Assembly: GCA_002269645.1 (NCBI GenBank)
Contig: NIVC01002217.1
Span: forward strand, 1 to 64,000
DNA length: 64,000 bases
Reading direction: 5' to 3'
From: Macrostomum lignano
Taxonomy: Eukaryota
The notes beneath the pieces were generated by a model, which saw nothing but the letters and a program-made list of their open reading frames with translations, had not been told where the DNA came from and did no database searches. A program made the translations under genes and the position numbers. The first letter of the stretch is position 1; every line of letters starts with the position of its first letter. Below are positions 47,801 to 58,261 of the stretch, in pieces.

Positions 47801-50800
47801 GTAGCTCTGCCCCCCTTTTCCGACCGATCTGACCCCAGCTGCTCTCTGGGCGCAGCCTCGTTCGGCCATTGCTTTCATCGACGAGCTGTTTCCAGGTCCC
47901 GGTGCCATGACAATCACACACATACATGCACAGGAGTGTTTATGACCATGTAATTAGACTAAAGCCTAACTTTAGTTGCAGACTTTTGTCTATAGTCGAA
48001 AAAGTTCCCGCAAACTGCGTCAATTGTCCCCCTCATTGAGAGCCTCAAACAACTTGTCTATGGTAAAAATCTATTTTGTGAAAAATGAACGGCCATAGAC
48101 ATTTCAGCTGCCATTCTATTGTTTTAGCACTGAGCCCTGAGTTTTCTTGCATTAAATGCTGCCATTCACAGCCACAAGGGCCAAACCCACAGGGCACTGA
48201 GGGTGCGTTGTTTGCGCTCGGGGATCAGAAGAGCTGTGGAATTTGGATTTTGAACCACAGGCCTCCTGCTAGCTCTATCAGTCATTTTCAAAACTACTGC
48301 TTACGCTAAATTCAAGTTCGAGAATTTTTATTCAGACTGATAACGGTGGGTTCCAGTTTCTTTTTTCCGACTCGTCAAGAAGCCTTGGCCGCGTGAAAGG
48401 CGTTAAGAAAATTTGCTGCTGAAAAAAGAAGAAATTTGTGCCTCACCATCTCGAATCGCTGATGCTGCTAAACTCCGCTTTAATCCGATTTCCTAGCGCA
48501 GCCTCCCGGCGCCGCAAGAGGAAAAATTGCTAATCCAATCAGGCCAATCCGATTATCTTCCGCAACCGGCTTTCATTTCCTCAATTTTTCCCGCTCTTCT
48601 AGAAGAACCATTGCCAGACAAAACAACCCCAAAACCCAAAAGCCAAACCCCAAACCCCAAAAGCCAATAAAATGCACGCAAAGATCGCACGAAATTGGAT
48701 GTGACGCACAGTTTTTTTGTTCGAATTCATGCGCTTTCTTTTCCAATCGGGAACGCTACGCCCACGCTCTGCCCACGGCTTCTTTCGTCGGCGGGCGGGA
48801 GCTCGCAGAAGTTAAGAACCAATTGAAGTAATATTATTTTTGAAACCGTTGACGTTGAAACGCATTGTCAGAGGAGCGAAAGTCTGGTCCCCAAACATGC
48901 GCGCATATCCAGTGGGCGCACTCCCAATAGAAGCGCGCAAATAATTTTTACTTCTACACAGATGTTTCAAGTGTCCGGATTTTTAATTAGCTCTGGAAAG
49001 TTGTCTGCATCTTCTACTAGAAGCAGTTTCTTAACTGGTCTCTTACTCTGCCACCCCTTCCAATCCCTTCTTCCAAGCTTCGCGCTGCCGACCCGGAAGC
49101 GCTGCAAGAGGCGGGCAGCCTGCTGGCCCTGCTGCCCGCCGGAGATGCCTACGCAACAGCCGAAAGTCTGCTGGAGGCCCGCTGCGACATTCTGTTGCAG
49201 AAAATCGGCGCCAACTACAAAGCATTTCTGTGAGCGCGGCAGGGTTGCTGCTTGAGTGATGGACATTCATGTCATGAGTGATGGACATTCAGGTCATGAG
49301 TGATGGACATTTAGGTCATGAGTGATGGACATTCAGGTCATGAGTGATGGACATTCAGGTCATGAGTGATGGACATTTAGGTCATGAGTGATGGACATTC
49401 GGATTCTGAGTGATGGAAATTCGGATCATGAGAGATGGATATTCAAGTCATAAGTGATGGACATTAAAGTCATGAGTGATGGACATTCAAGTCATGAGTG
49501 ATGGACATTTAGGTCATGAGTGATGGACATTCAGGTCATGAGTGATGGACATTTAGGTCATGAGTGATGGAAATTCAGGTCATGAGTGATGGACATTCAG
49601 GTCATGAGTGATGGACATTTAGGTCATGAGTGATGGAAACTCAGGTCATGAGTGATGGACATTCAGGTCATGAGTGATGGACATTTAGGTCATGAGTGAT
49701 GGTCATTCAGGTTATGAGTGATGGACATTCAGGTCATAAGTGATGGACATCCAGATCATGAGTGATGAACATTCAGGTCATAAGTGATGGACATCCAGAT
49801 CATGAGTGATGAACATTCAGATCATGAGTGATGGACATTCAGGTCATAAGTGATGGACATCCAGATCATGAGTGATGGACATTCAGATCATGAGTGATGG
49901 ACATTTAGGTCATGAGTGATGGACATTCGGATTCTGAGTGATGGAAATTCGGATTCTGAGTGATGGAAATTCGGATCATGAGTGATGGACATTTAGGTCA
50001 TGAGTGATGGACATTCGGATTCTGAGTGATGGAAATTCGGATCATGAGAGATGGATATTCAAGTCATAAGTGATGGACATTAAAGTCATGAGTGATGGAC
50101 ATTCAAGTCATGAGTGATGGTCATTCAAGTCATGAGTGATGACCATTCAGATCATAAGTGATGGACATTCTGCAAGCCTATAAACCCGTGGCTTAGTAGT
50201 GTTACAACCAGGATGCTAATATGCTTATCCAAATTATTTAAAATCCCCATTTTTCAAACTCCCAAGAAGACGCAGCATCTCGGGCAGCTGGAAGGTGAAC
50301 TCGGGCTCGGCTATGCTTGAGCAGTTGCCAGTGACCGAAGAGTGAGTCCTTCAGCAGAGTGGCACACGTGCTCACGCATGAACACGCCAGCAAAACTAAG
50401 TGAAAATTTCTGCTTTCAGATACCGCCGATGGCTTGACGAGCTATCGGGGTTGTTCAGCGGTGCCGACATCTGCGCGCTGGAGGCGGTGCAGCTCAGGAG
50501 CGGCGCCGTGCGCATCATCGGGGTGAGGAGGCTGAGCACATTCTAGTTAGTTCTCGGGGGGCACAAGTTAGACACAAACCATTAGACACAAACCATTAGA
50601 CACAAACCATTAGACACAAACCATTAGACACCAATCATTAGACACCAATCATTAGATACAAACCATTAGACACAAACCATTAGACACAAACCATTAGACA
50701 AACCATTAGACACAAACCATTAGACACCAATCATTAGACACCAATCATTAGACACAAACCATTAGACACAAACCATTAGACACAAACCATTAGACACAAA

Positions 50801-51776
50801 CCATTAGACACAAACCATTAGACACAAACCATTAGACACCAATCATTTGACACAAACCATTAGACACAAACCATTAGACACAAACCATTGGACACAAACC
50901 ATTAGACACAAACCATTAGACACAAACCATTAGACACAAACCATTAGACACAAACCATTAGACACAAACCATTAGACACAAACCATTAGACACCAATCAT
51001 TTGACACAAACCATTAGACACAAACCATTAGATACAAACCATTAGAAACAAACCATTAGACACAAACCATTAGATACAAACCATTAGACACAAACCATTA
51101 GACACAAACCATTAGACACAAACCATTAGACACAAACCATTAGACACAAACCATTAGACACCAATCATTTGACACAAACCATTAGACACAAACCATTAGA
51201 TACAAACCATTAGACACCAACCATTAGACACAAACCATTAGACACAAACCATTAGACACCAATCATTTGACACAAACCATTAGACACAAACCATTAGACA
51301 CAAACCATTAGACACAAACCATTAGACACAAAATGCCACCCGGATGCCAGGCCTCCGGTTCCGACATGCCACTGCTCGGAGACTCCCAGGAGGAGGACAG
51401 ACGGCACATTGCAGATGTGGTGCTGGCCCGCATGACGCAGCACCAGCAGCAGCTGCAGCAGGAGAAGGAGATGGAGAAGGACCGAGCCGCCGCCTCAGCC
51501 ACCGCAGCGGCAGCCAACGGTCCTCCGGCTCCGGCTGAGCCGGAAGCTCTGACAACGGCGCCAACAACCGCGGCGCCAACAGCAACCTCGACAAGTCCGG
51601 GCCCTCCTCCGCAGAGGCCGCCTCCGCCGCCCCGGCAAATGTCGGCCACCGCGTCGCCGTCATCAGGCGGCAGCGGACGAAGCGGCGGAGCCAGCCGGCC
51701 AGGCGAGGACTCCGAGGACACAATGAAAAATTTGCGAAAGACTTTCGCCGGAATCGGAATATTTCGAGACATGTGA
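20170..51776 (+). CDS. SYN: Synapsin, 10 exons: 20170-20546, 21142-21199, 21282-21361, 25567-25717, 26697-26786, 46888(or 46954/46957)-47061, 49078-49229, 50267-50341, 50420-50522, 51351-51776
   Basis: Domain A is MLNYLKRRFSSGDL. The C domain has KVLLVVDEPHTDWSKYF, FKPDCALIRQ, FPLIDQT, KIGHAHNGIGK, QKIGANYKAF, SISGSWKVNSGSAMLEQ, DICALEA and MPLLGDSQEED. Domain E is EDTMKNLRKTFAG. All junctions are GT-AG and phase-compatible (1686 nt, 561 aa with the 46888 acceptor). Confidence 0.95.
21386..23606 (-). repeat. Same 29-bp minisatellite in inverted orientation, synapsin intron 3
   Basis: Unit TGTGCTTCCTGTGACAGTCCTCAGTGCCC, the reverse complement of the upstream array. Confidence 0.95.
23781..23847. 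repeat. (CT)n microsatellite
   Basis: Nearly pure CT run. Confidence 0.9.
24220..24505 (-). mobile_element. tRNA-derived SINE with CORE-like central domain (synapsin intron 3)
   Basis: The minus strand shows an A box (TAGCCTAGTGG) and B box (GGTTCGATTCC), then GTGTCCTTGAGCAAGACACTTAAC..CCCAGCTGTAAAATGGG, resembling the MIR/CORE domain. A second copy lies at ~58065-58261. Confidence 0.8.
24950..25520. repeat. 16-bp minisatellite
   Basis: Unit TGTCTAACMGGTTTCA and variants. Confidence 0.88.
25855..26445. repeat. 14-bp highly homogeneous minisatellite
   Basis: Unit CTCTCTGCCTGTCC. Confidence 0.93.
27815..28547. repeat. 11-bp minisatellites
   Basis: GATCATAGAGA followed by GATTAGAYAGA. Confidence 0.88.
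29200..30230. repeat. 20-bp minisatellite containing TGAGTCA
   Basis: Unit GAGTCACTCTGCACTCATTT and variants, about 50 copies. Confidence 0.93.
31662..38614 (-). CDS. TIMP: Tissue inhibitor of metalloproteinases (TIMP), 5 exons: 38614-38338, 38200-38094, 38048-37844, 37408-37233, 31904-31662; nested in synapsin intron 5
   Basis: A hydrophobic leader is followed by CPC..HPQVAFCASDF|ALKV..RYWVSVKAVFRN, NCG..LYLVTG, VCSWIAQW, YARGCSKC|RI and a Cys-rich tail with GCAW. Splice phases 1,0,1,0 are consistent; 1008 nt = 335 aa. The ORF-track start at 38626 is TTG; the first in-frame ATG is 38614. Confidence 0.9.
31990..32890. repeat. AATGTGTTTGTC-based composite minisatellite (TIMP intron 4)
   Basis: Units are multiples of 3, giving spurious NVFV/TNTL ORFs. 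Confidence 0.88.
33640..34605. repeat. 11/22-bp CT-rich minisatellite (TIMP intron 4)
   Basis: CTCTCACTCAT-CTCTCACTCCC alternation. Confidence 0.9.
35085..36280. repeat. 20-bp minisatellite (TIMP intron 4)
   Basis: Unit CTCACTCCCATCACTCAAAT. Confidence 0.92.
36805..37120. repeat. 23-bp minisatellite (TIMP intron 4)
   Basis: Unit like TGGTTGATTTATGGTTCCTGTAC. Confidence 0.85.
37488..37818. repeat. 19-bp minisatellite (TIMP intron 3)
   Basis: Unit CTCACTCTCATCTCATTGC. Confidence 0.88.
39560..40412. repeat. 19-bp minisatellite, array 1
   Basis: Unit GGGATGCTAAACTGTGTCA. Confidence 0.92.
40786..41535. repeat. 65/56-bp tandem repeat
   Basis: GTCGAGCATGTGCTCAGGAGTCAAGC(A/G)GAATG(G/T)GCA[GATGCCGCA]GAATCGCCTCA. 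Confidence 0.92.
42425..42808. repeat. 18-bp minisatellite
   Basis: Unit GCTTCTGGGCGCTTATCT. Confidence 0.92.
43436..44585. repeat. 19-bp minisatellite, array 2 (same family and orientation as 39560-40412)
   Basis: Unit GGGATGCTAAACTGTGTCA, very homogeneous. Confidence 0.94.
45467..46369. repeat. 82-bp tandem repeat x11 with internal hairpin
   Basis: AGTAGTCTATGAGC recurs with an 82-bp period from 45467 (next at 45549). Confidence 0.93.
49255..50168. repeat. 22-bp minisatellite (synapsin intron 7)
   Basis: Unit GAGTGATGGACATTCAGGTCAT. Confidence 0.92.
50569..51331. repeat. 14-bp minisatellite (synapsin intron 9)
   Basis: Unit TTAGACACAAACCA. Confidence 0.93.
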
Positions 51777-52644
51777 CCGGCTGGCTGCGGAGTGGGTCAA
51801 GGATCAGTTCTCGCGGTTTTGAAAACTTGAATTCGCGCCAAAATTGAAATTATTTAAAAGACGCAACGCCACTGATAAGGTTCATATTATTCGAAAACAT
51901 CAATTGAAATAATTGGATTGGCGTTCTGGGTTTGGCGCGAATTAAAAAGCAAAATAAAATTCCGAGTGTTAATTAAAACAAAGAGCTTTGAGAAAGTTTT
52001 TTTTAATTTAAAAGTAAAACAATTTAAATAATTAATGAATACCAACACTGGATGCAAGTGATACACTTTATGAACAAATGATGAAGCACTATATAATGTT
52101 ATCTTTATGTTCCCGCCGATTCTCTAGTCGGGGTATCATTCTCTGTGGCATCAATGCCCTCCAAAGCAGTTTAACCTTCCGTTGTACTCTCATTTATTCT
52201 GTTTTAAATATTCGCTAAATACTACTTGATTGATATTGATAGTAGACAGTGTGGCATAAATTTCCTTTGATAATACATGTATATTTTTTCTTTTTAGTAA
52301 TATCGTCTAGTAGTGTATTTTAAAATATTTTTGCGCTTATTTGTGTTCCATTTTTTGTCATAAATGTATAATGCTATTTTTAGAATTATTATCCCAATAG
52401 GCCTATTGCTGTTGCTATATATAGGAAGTGTTATGATAGCCATTTTTAGACTTTTTGTCGTAAATTAAACGAACATTTTTAACTGTTATATTCATTAGAC
52501 ACTGTTTAATCAATATTTTTCATTATGCTTATCATAGCAATATACGCGCGAATCAGATTGCAGTAATTATTCGTTTATTATTTTCCTGTGTAACCTTCAT
52601 TTTTCAAAAAAGTTTTGAGTAAAATAGAAGGGTGACACTAAACT

Positions 52645-54262
52645 TATGGTAATGGAGAGGAGGGTGATGAAGAAGAGGGTAATGGAGAGGAGGGTGATGA
52701 AGAAGAGGGTAATGGAGAGGAGGATGATTAAGAAGAGGGTAATGGAGAGGAGGGTGATGAAGAAGAGGGTGATGGAGAGGAGGGTGATGAAGAAGAGGGT
52801 AATGGAGAGGAGGGTGATGAAGAAGAGGGTAATGGAGAGGAGGGTGATGAAGAAGAGGGTAATGGAGAGGAGGGTGATGAAGAAGAGGGTAATGGAGAGG
52901 AGGGTGATGAAGAAGAGGGTGATGGAGAGGAGGGTGATGAAGAAGAGGGTGATGGAGAGGAGGGTGATGAAGAAGAGGGTAATGGAGAGGAGGGTGATGA
53001 AGAAGAGGGTAATGGAGAGGAGGGTGATGAAGAAGAGGGTGATGGAGAGGAGGGTGATGAAGAAGAGGGTGATGGAGAGGAGGGTGATGGAGAGGAGGGT
53101 GATAAAGAGGAGGGTGACGGAGAGGAGGGTGATGAAGAGGAGGGTGATGGAGAGGAGGGTGATAAAGAGGAGGGTGACGGAGAGGAGGGTGATGGAGAGG
53201 AGGGTGATAAAGAGGAGGGTGACGGAGAGGAGGGAGATGGAGAGGAGGGTGATGGAGAGGAGGGTGATGAAGAGGAGGGTGATGGAGAGGAGGGTGATAA
53301 AGAGGAGAGTGATGGAGAGGAGGGTGATGGAGAGGAGGGTGATGGAGAGGAGGGTGATGAAGAGAAGGGTGATGGAGAGGAGGGTGACGGAGAGGAGGGT
53401 GATGGAGAGGAGGGTGATAAAGAGAGGGTGACGGAGAGGAGGGAGATGGAGAGGAGGGTGATGGAGAGGAGGGTGATGGAGAGGAGGGTGATGGAGAGGA
53501 GGGTGATGGAGAGGAGGGTGATAAAGAGAGGGTGACGGAGAGGAGGGTGATGGAGAGGAGGGTGATGAAGAGGAGGGTGATGAAGAGAAGGGTGATGAAG
53601 AGGAGGGTGATGGAGAGGAGGGTGATGGAGAGGAGGGTGATGGAGAGGAGGGTGATGGAGAGGAGGGTGATGGAGAGGAGGGTGATGGAGAGAAGGGTGA
53701 TGGAGAGGAGGGTGATGAAGAGGAGGGTGATGGAGAGGAGGGTGATGGAGAGGAGGGTGATGGAGAGGAGGGTGATGAAGAGGAGGGTGATGGAGAGGAG
53801 GGTGATGGAGAGGAGGGTGATGGAGAGGAGGGTGATGGAGAGGAGGGTGATGAAGAGAAGGGTGATGAAGAGGAGGGTGATGGAGAGGAGGGTGATGGAG
53901 AGGAGGGTGATGGAGAGGAGGGTGATGGAGAGGAGGGTGATGGAGAGGAGGGTGATGGAGAGGAGGGTGATGAAGAGGAGGGTGATGGAGAGGAGGGTGA
54001 TGGAGAGGAGGGTGATGGAGAGGAGGGTGATGGAGAGGAGGGTGATGAAGAGGAGGGTGATGGAGAGGAGGGTGATGGAGAGGAGGGTGATGGAGAGGAG
54101 GGTGATGGAGAGGAGGGTGATGAAGAGAAGGGTGATGAAGAGGAGGGTGATGGAGAGGAGGGTGACGGAGAGGAGGGTGATGAAGAGGAGGGTGATGGAG
54201 AGGAGGGTGATGGAGAGGAGGGTGATGGAGAGGAGGGTGATGAAGAGGAGGGTGATGAAGAG
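52645..54262. repeat. 15-bp purine-rich minisatellite between convergent genes
   Basis: Unit GAGAGGAGGGTGATG and AAGA variants. Confidence 0.93.
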
Positions 54263-54858
54263 TTAATGCGTCTTAATTGCAAACAACACAGGCCCAAACT
54301 GATGCTGCATCCAGCACTTTGACTCGTTTACGAGGCAGTAAAATTTTTGGCAAAGAACATGGCCGGTTAGAATCGCAGCGCTTTCCAACAGCCGTTAGCA
54401 ACTGTGTTTCTGGTCCAATATTATTGTCAAACAAGACAGCAGCTGCTGAAGCTTTTGAAAAACGAAAAAAGGAAAGCAATTTTCTCGAACTTTCGCAATT
54501 TTTCGGACTGTCGTAGAAGCCAAAAACAGGTGCTTTGCCTTGTCCAATAAATGGGTAGCACTTTCTGGCTTCTAAGAGAGCATTTTCTTGTTGCATTTTT
54601 ATCAACTTTTTTAGTTATTGTCCCGAAGTTGCCGATTTTTGCAGCATGTTTTTAGCAGTTTTTGTGGACATAAGTTACATACAGGCAAATACTAAAAGGA
54701 TTCAATGTGCACGAATGCCAGTAACGATTTCTGGCCTCTTAACCGGTAAGAGATTCACAAAAGAACGAACCGTGAGAAAAAGATCTTAATCAATGAATCA
54801 GGTAAATAAGCAGCCACACTGTTGTGATACGTTTGAAACGTGAAAGAACCGCTTCGAG

Positions 54859-57800
54859 TCAAAGCAAATTCTCTCGCTCTGTTGATTCGTCGTCTTGATG
54901 CTGCTGTAGCGGCTGCTGCGGTGGCGGCGGCGGTGGCGGCGGCGGTGGAACGACCGTGCTAGTCATGCGGAGCCGCTGCAGCAGCTGCTCCGTGGACTGA
55001 CCGAACTCAGCAAGGTCTGCTTCGTGTACATCTACCAGGTCGTCAGCTCCTGAAGTCGGTGAAATGCGGATCTGATGCTTTCAAACCATTTTGAAGGACT
55101 CTTTATTAAGCTCTCTCTCTTACCCTCCCCGCTCACTATTGGTCCAGCTAACCCCCGACCCCCTGTCTCTCACGTGCAGCTCTCTCCCTCTCCGCTCACT
55201 ATTGGTCCAGCTAACCCCCGACCCCCTGTCTCTCACATGCAGCTCTCTCCCTCCCCGCTCACTATTGGTCCAGCTAACCCCCCAACCCCTTGTCTCTCAC
55301 ATGCAGCTCTCTCCCTCCCCGCTCACTATTGGTCCAGCTAACCCCCCGACCCCCTGTCTCTCACGTGCAGCTCTCTCCCTCCCCGCTCACCATTGGCCCA
55401 GCTACTCCCTCACCCACCCCACTGTCTCTCACGTGCAGCTCTCTCCCTCCCCGCTCACCATTGGCCCAGCTACTCCCTCACCCACCCCACTGTCTCTCAC
55501 GTGCAGCTCTCTCCCTCCCCGCTCACCATTGGCCCAGCTACTCCCTCACCCACCCCACTGTCTCTCACAAGCAGCTCTCTCCCTCCCCGCTCACTATTGG
55601 TCCAGCTAACCCCCGACCCCCTGTCTCTCACATGCAGCTCTCTCCCTCCCCGCTCACTATTGGTCCAGCTAACCCCCCGACCCCCTGTCTCTCACGTGCA
55701 GCTCTCTCCCTCCCCGCTCACCATTGGCCCAGCTACTCCCTCACCCACCCCACTGTCTCTCACAAGCAGCTCTCTCCCTCCCCGCTCACTATTGGCCCAG
55801 CTACTCCCTCACCCCACCCCACTGTCTCTCACGTGCAGCTCTCTCCCTCCCCGCTCACCATTGGCCCAGCTACTCCCTCACCCACCCCACTGTCTCTCAC
55901 AAGCAGCTCTCTCCCTCCCCGCTCACTATTGGCGCAGCTAACCCCCACCCCGCTGTCTGTCACATGCAGTTCTCTCCCTCCCCGCTCACCATTGGCCAGC
56001 TAATCCCAGCCCAGTTCACTGTCTCTCGAATTTTGTGCTTGATTGCCCCACCCCCACCCGCTATCTCTTTCCTTGTGACAGTTTCTTTGAAAATTTACTA
56101 GTGAACGCTAAAGTATGGTAATAGGCCAAAGAAATGCTACAATATATCACAGCTTTTCTCCTAAAAATTCTGTATATTGTACATGTAATGTATATTGTGC
56201 ATGTACATATATAAAGTATATTGTACATGTACTTTATCTTCTTATTTAGCAGAGGATTTATTCCATCCAAATAATTTCTGGGTTATGAACAAGATTCTAG
56301 TCATCAGATTCTGAATAGGGTCAGAAAAATAAAGCCACTTGGCAAGTCGCTATTTTGCTAGCCTTAATTTCCTGGTGCCGATTTTGTCCGTGGCATCTAG
56401 CTCGTAATTTCCCTTTTCTACCCACCGAAGCGCCCAATAGCGGTGATTGGAGCCCCTGTTCCTTCCGCTTCATCATCGATGTCAGCCTCCTTGGCTGCGC
56501 ATTCGCTGCAGTAGCTGTCCGAGCATGAGCACCCGGATGAGTCCGAGTTGCTGTCTCCGTATCCTTGATTTTCGTCTTCTTCGTCATCATCATCAACCGA
56601 GCTTTCGGATGAGCTTCGGTCGTCTGAGGTTTCGTGATTGTGCCCGTTGCCGTTGCTGCTATCTGTGGGGGGGGCGAAACGATGGATAACTAAGAGGATT
56701 TAAGAAGGAACTTAACGTAGGTTTTTAGTGGTCCTTGTAAGCTCACTAGTGTTTTTCATCTGAGCAGAGTGATGAGCTCACTAGAGTGTGTGTGCTAACC
56801 ATCTGAGCAGAGTGATGAGCTCACTTGAGTGTGTGCTCATCTGAGAAGAGTGATGAGCTCACTAGACAGTGTGCTCATCTGAGCAGAGTGATGAGCTCAC
56901 TAGAGTGTGTACGCTAACCATCTGAGCAGAGTGATGAGCTCACTAGAGTGTGTGCTAACCATCTGAGCAGAGTGATGAGCTCACTAGAGTGTGTGCTAAC
57001 CATCTGAGCAGAGTGATGAGCTTACTAGATGTATAATTAAGTACTTACACTATAAAAATAAGCCTAAACAGCCGCAGGTGGGGTCAGAATATTCTGCTTT
57101 ATATAGCATCAGAAGAAACTGCACAAGCTGGGGGTGAAAAGAATTGAAGTATTAATACAAGTGCAGGCTCTAGCGCAGTCTAAGGTTGCTACCTGCCGGC
57201 AGTAATGAGAGGGTGGAGAATCTTGTGCAGAGGAACGGCGGGATCAATAGGAAATGAACCGAACGCTACAAGGCGTTAAAGGCTTGCAATTTCTTATCCT
57301 AATGCTTTCCTCCTTCAATCATTTATTTGCTTGCTTCATCCGCCCCGGTCCGCAATCATTTCTTCTGCAAGCTTTCGCACTGCCTGATTACTGGGGGATT
57401 TTCTTCTTTTGAAGAATGAACACCTTAATAATTATAGTATATGCTTCGCCTTACCGGAAGCTTTTAAGAACTCGGCTTGATATTGCAGTGCATAGATATC
57501 CTGACAGACTCGATCTACATACTGACAGACTCGATCTACATACTGACAGACTCGATTTACATACTGACAGACTCGACCTACATGCTGACAGACTCGATCT
57601 ACATCCTGAATATGCCTGAAGGCCAAACAAACACGACACGCAGGCACATGTCGGTCCCCAAACCGACCTTCGAACTCCATGGGTCGGCCGAGCGCCTGTC
57701 CGAGGCCGCCCGGCAGCAGCCCGGCCGGACAGACCAGCACTCGGATCCGGCGGCAGTGCCCGGCCCGCTGCAGCTGCCGGCAGATGGCCAGCTGCAGGCT

Positions 57801-58022
57801 GTTCAGCGCGTACCAGACTCCGCCGAGCTGTACAACTTGCAGTTTCGGGTATTTCGAGTCGTGGCTAAGCAGGCGGCGAGCATAGTCGGACAGGCTGTCC
57901 GAGTTCAGCCGGTGGTCTCCGCCGGAGTCAACGGCGGCCGCGGTCAGCTCCGGCCAGTTTTTCACTCGGGCGAAGAAGCGAACCTCGGAGGGGTAGAGAA
58001 ACTTGGCCGGCTTCGATGCCAT
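54859..58022 (-). CDS. Uncharacterised ~260-aa protein with an N-terminal ParB/sulfiredoxin-like domain, an acidic Ser/Asp region and poly-Pro; exons 58022-57668, 56662-56426, 55049-54859
   Basis: Three GC-rich open segments are joined by phase-1 GT-AG introns, giving 783 nt ending in TGA. A possible extra upstream exon lies at 58436-58346. The domain call is by-eye motif resemblance only. Confidence 0.75.
55095..55995. repeat. ~60-bp C-rich tandem repeat (intron)
   Basis: Recurrent CTGTCTCTCACGTGCAGCTCTCTCCCTCCCCGCTCAC..TTGG.CCAGCTA. Confidence 0.88.
56757..57027. repeat. ~41-bp tandem repeat (intron)
   Basis: CATCTGAGCAGAGTGATGAGCTCACTAGAGTGTGTGCTAAC. Confidence 0.85.
57500..57605. repeat. 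21-bp tandem repeat x5
   Basis: TGACAGACTCGATCTACATAC. Confidence 0.8.
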
Positions 58023-58062
58023 GCTGGGAAGTTGAGGGATGACGAAGGATTATCATAATAAG

Positions 58063-58261
58063 AATTGATTACACCTGCCCCGATTGGGCCAGATGTGCAA
58101 CCGACAGCTCAGCGGCAGCTATTGCGCGGCGTATCTGAAGGCTGCGTACGGCTGTTCAGTCCAAGGGGTCCCCACACGCACCCTCAATTACCCCAGCTAA
58201 TGCTGGCACCCATTTTACAGCTGGGTGAACTGAAGCAATGCAGAGTTAAGTGTCTTGCTCA
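58063..58261 (-). mobile_element. Second copy of the same SINE, lacking a recognisable tRNA head
   Basis: About 200 bp are nearly collinear with 24221-24419 (TTGATTAC..GGGCCAGATGTGCAACCGACAGCTCAG..GTTAAGTGTCTTGCTCAA), then the sequences diverge. Confidence 0.8.

Noticed and set aside
47340-47930. GC-rich, coding-looking segment in synapsin intron 6
   Set aside because: All frames are interrupted by stops and I could not assign a family; it may be a degraded TE or pseudogene.
49255-50168. AGGTCA nuclear-receptor half-sites in the 22-bp array
   Set aside because: Only single half-sites 16 nt apart and lost in many units; no standard DR/IR geometry, so too weak to report.
56757-57027. GTGATGAG-containing repeat, and CTGATGA hits elsewhere, as hammerhead ribozymes
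   Set aside because: The CTGANGA core is not followed by stem II and GAAA with a pairing cleavage triplet.
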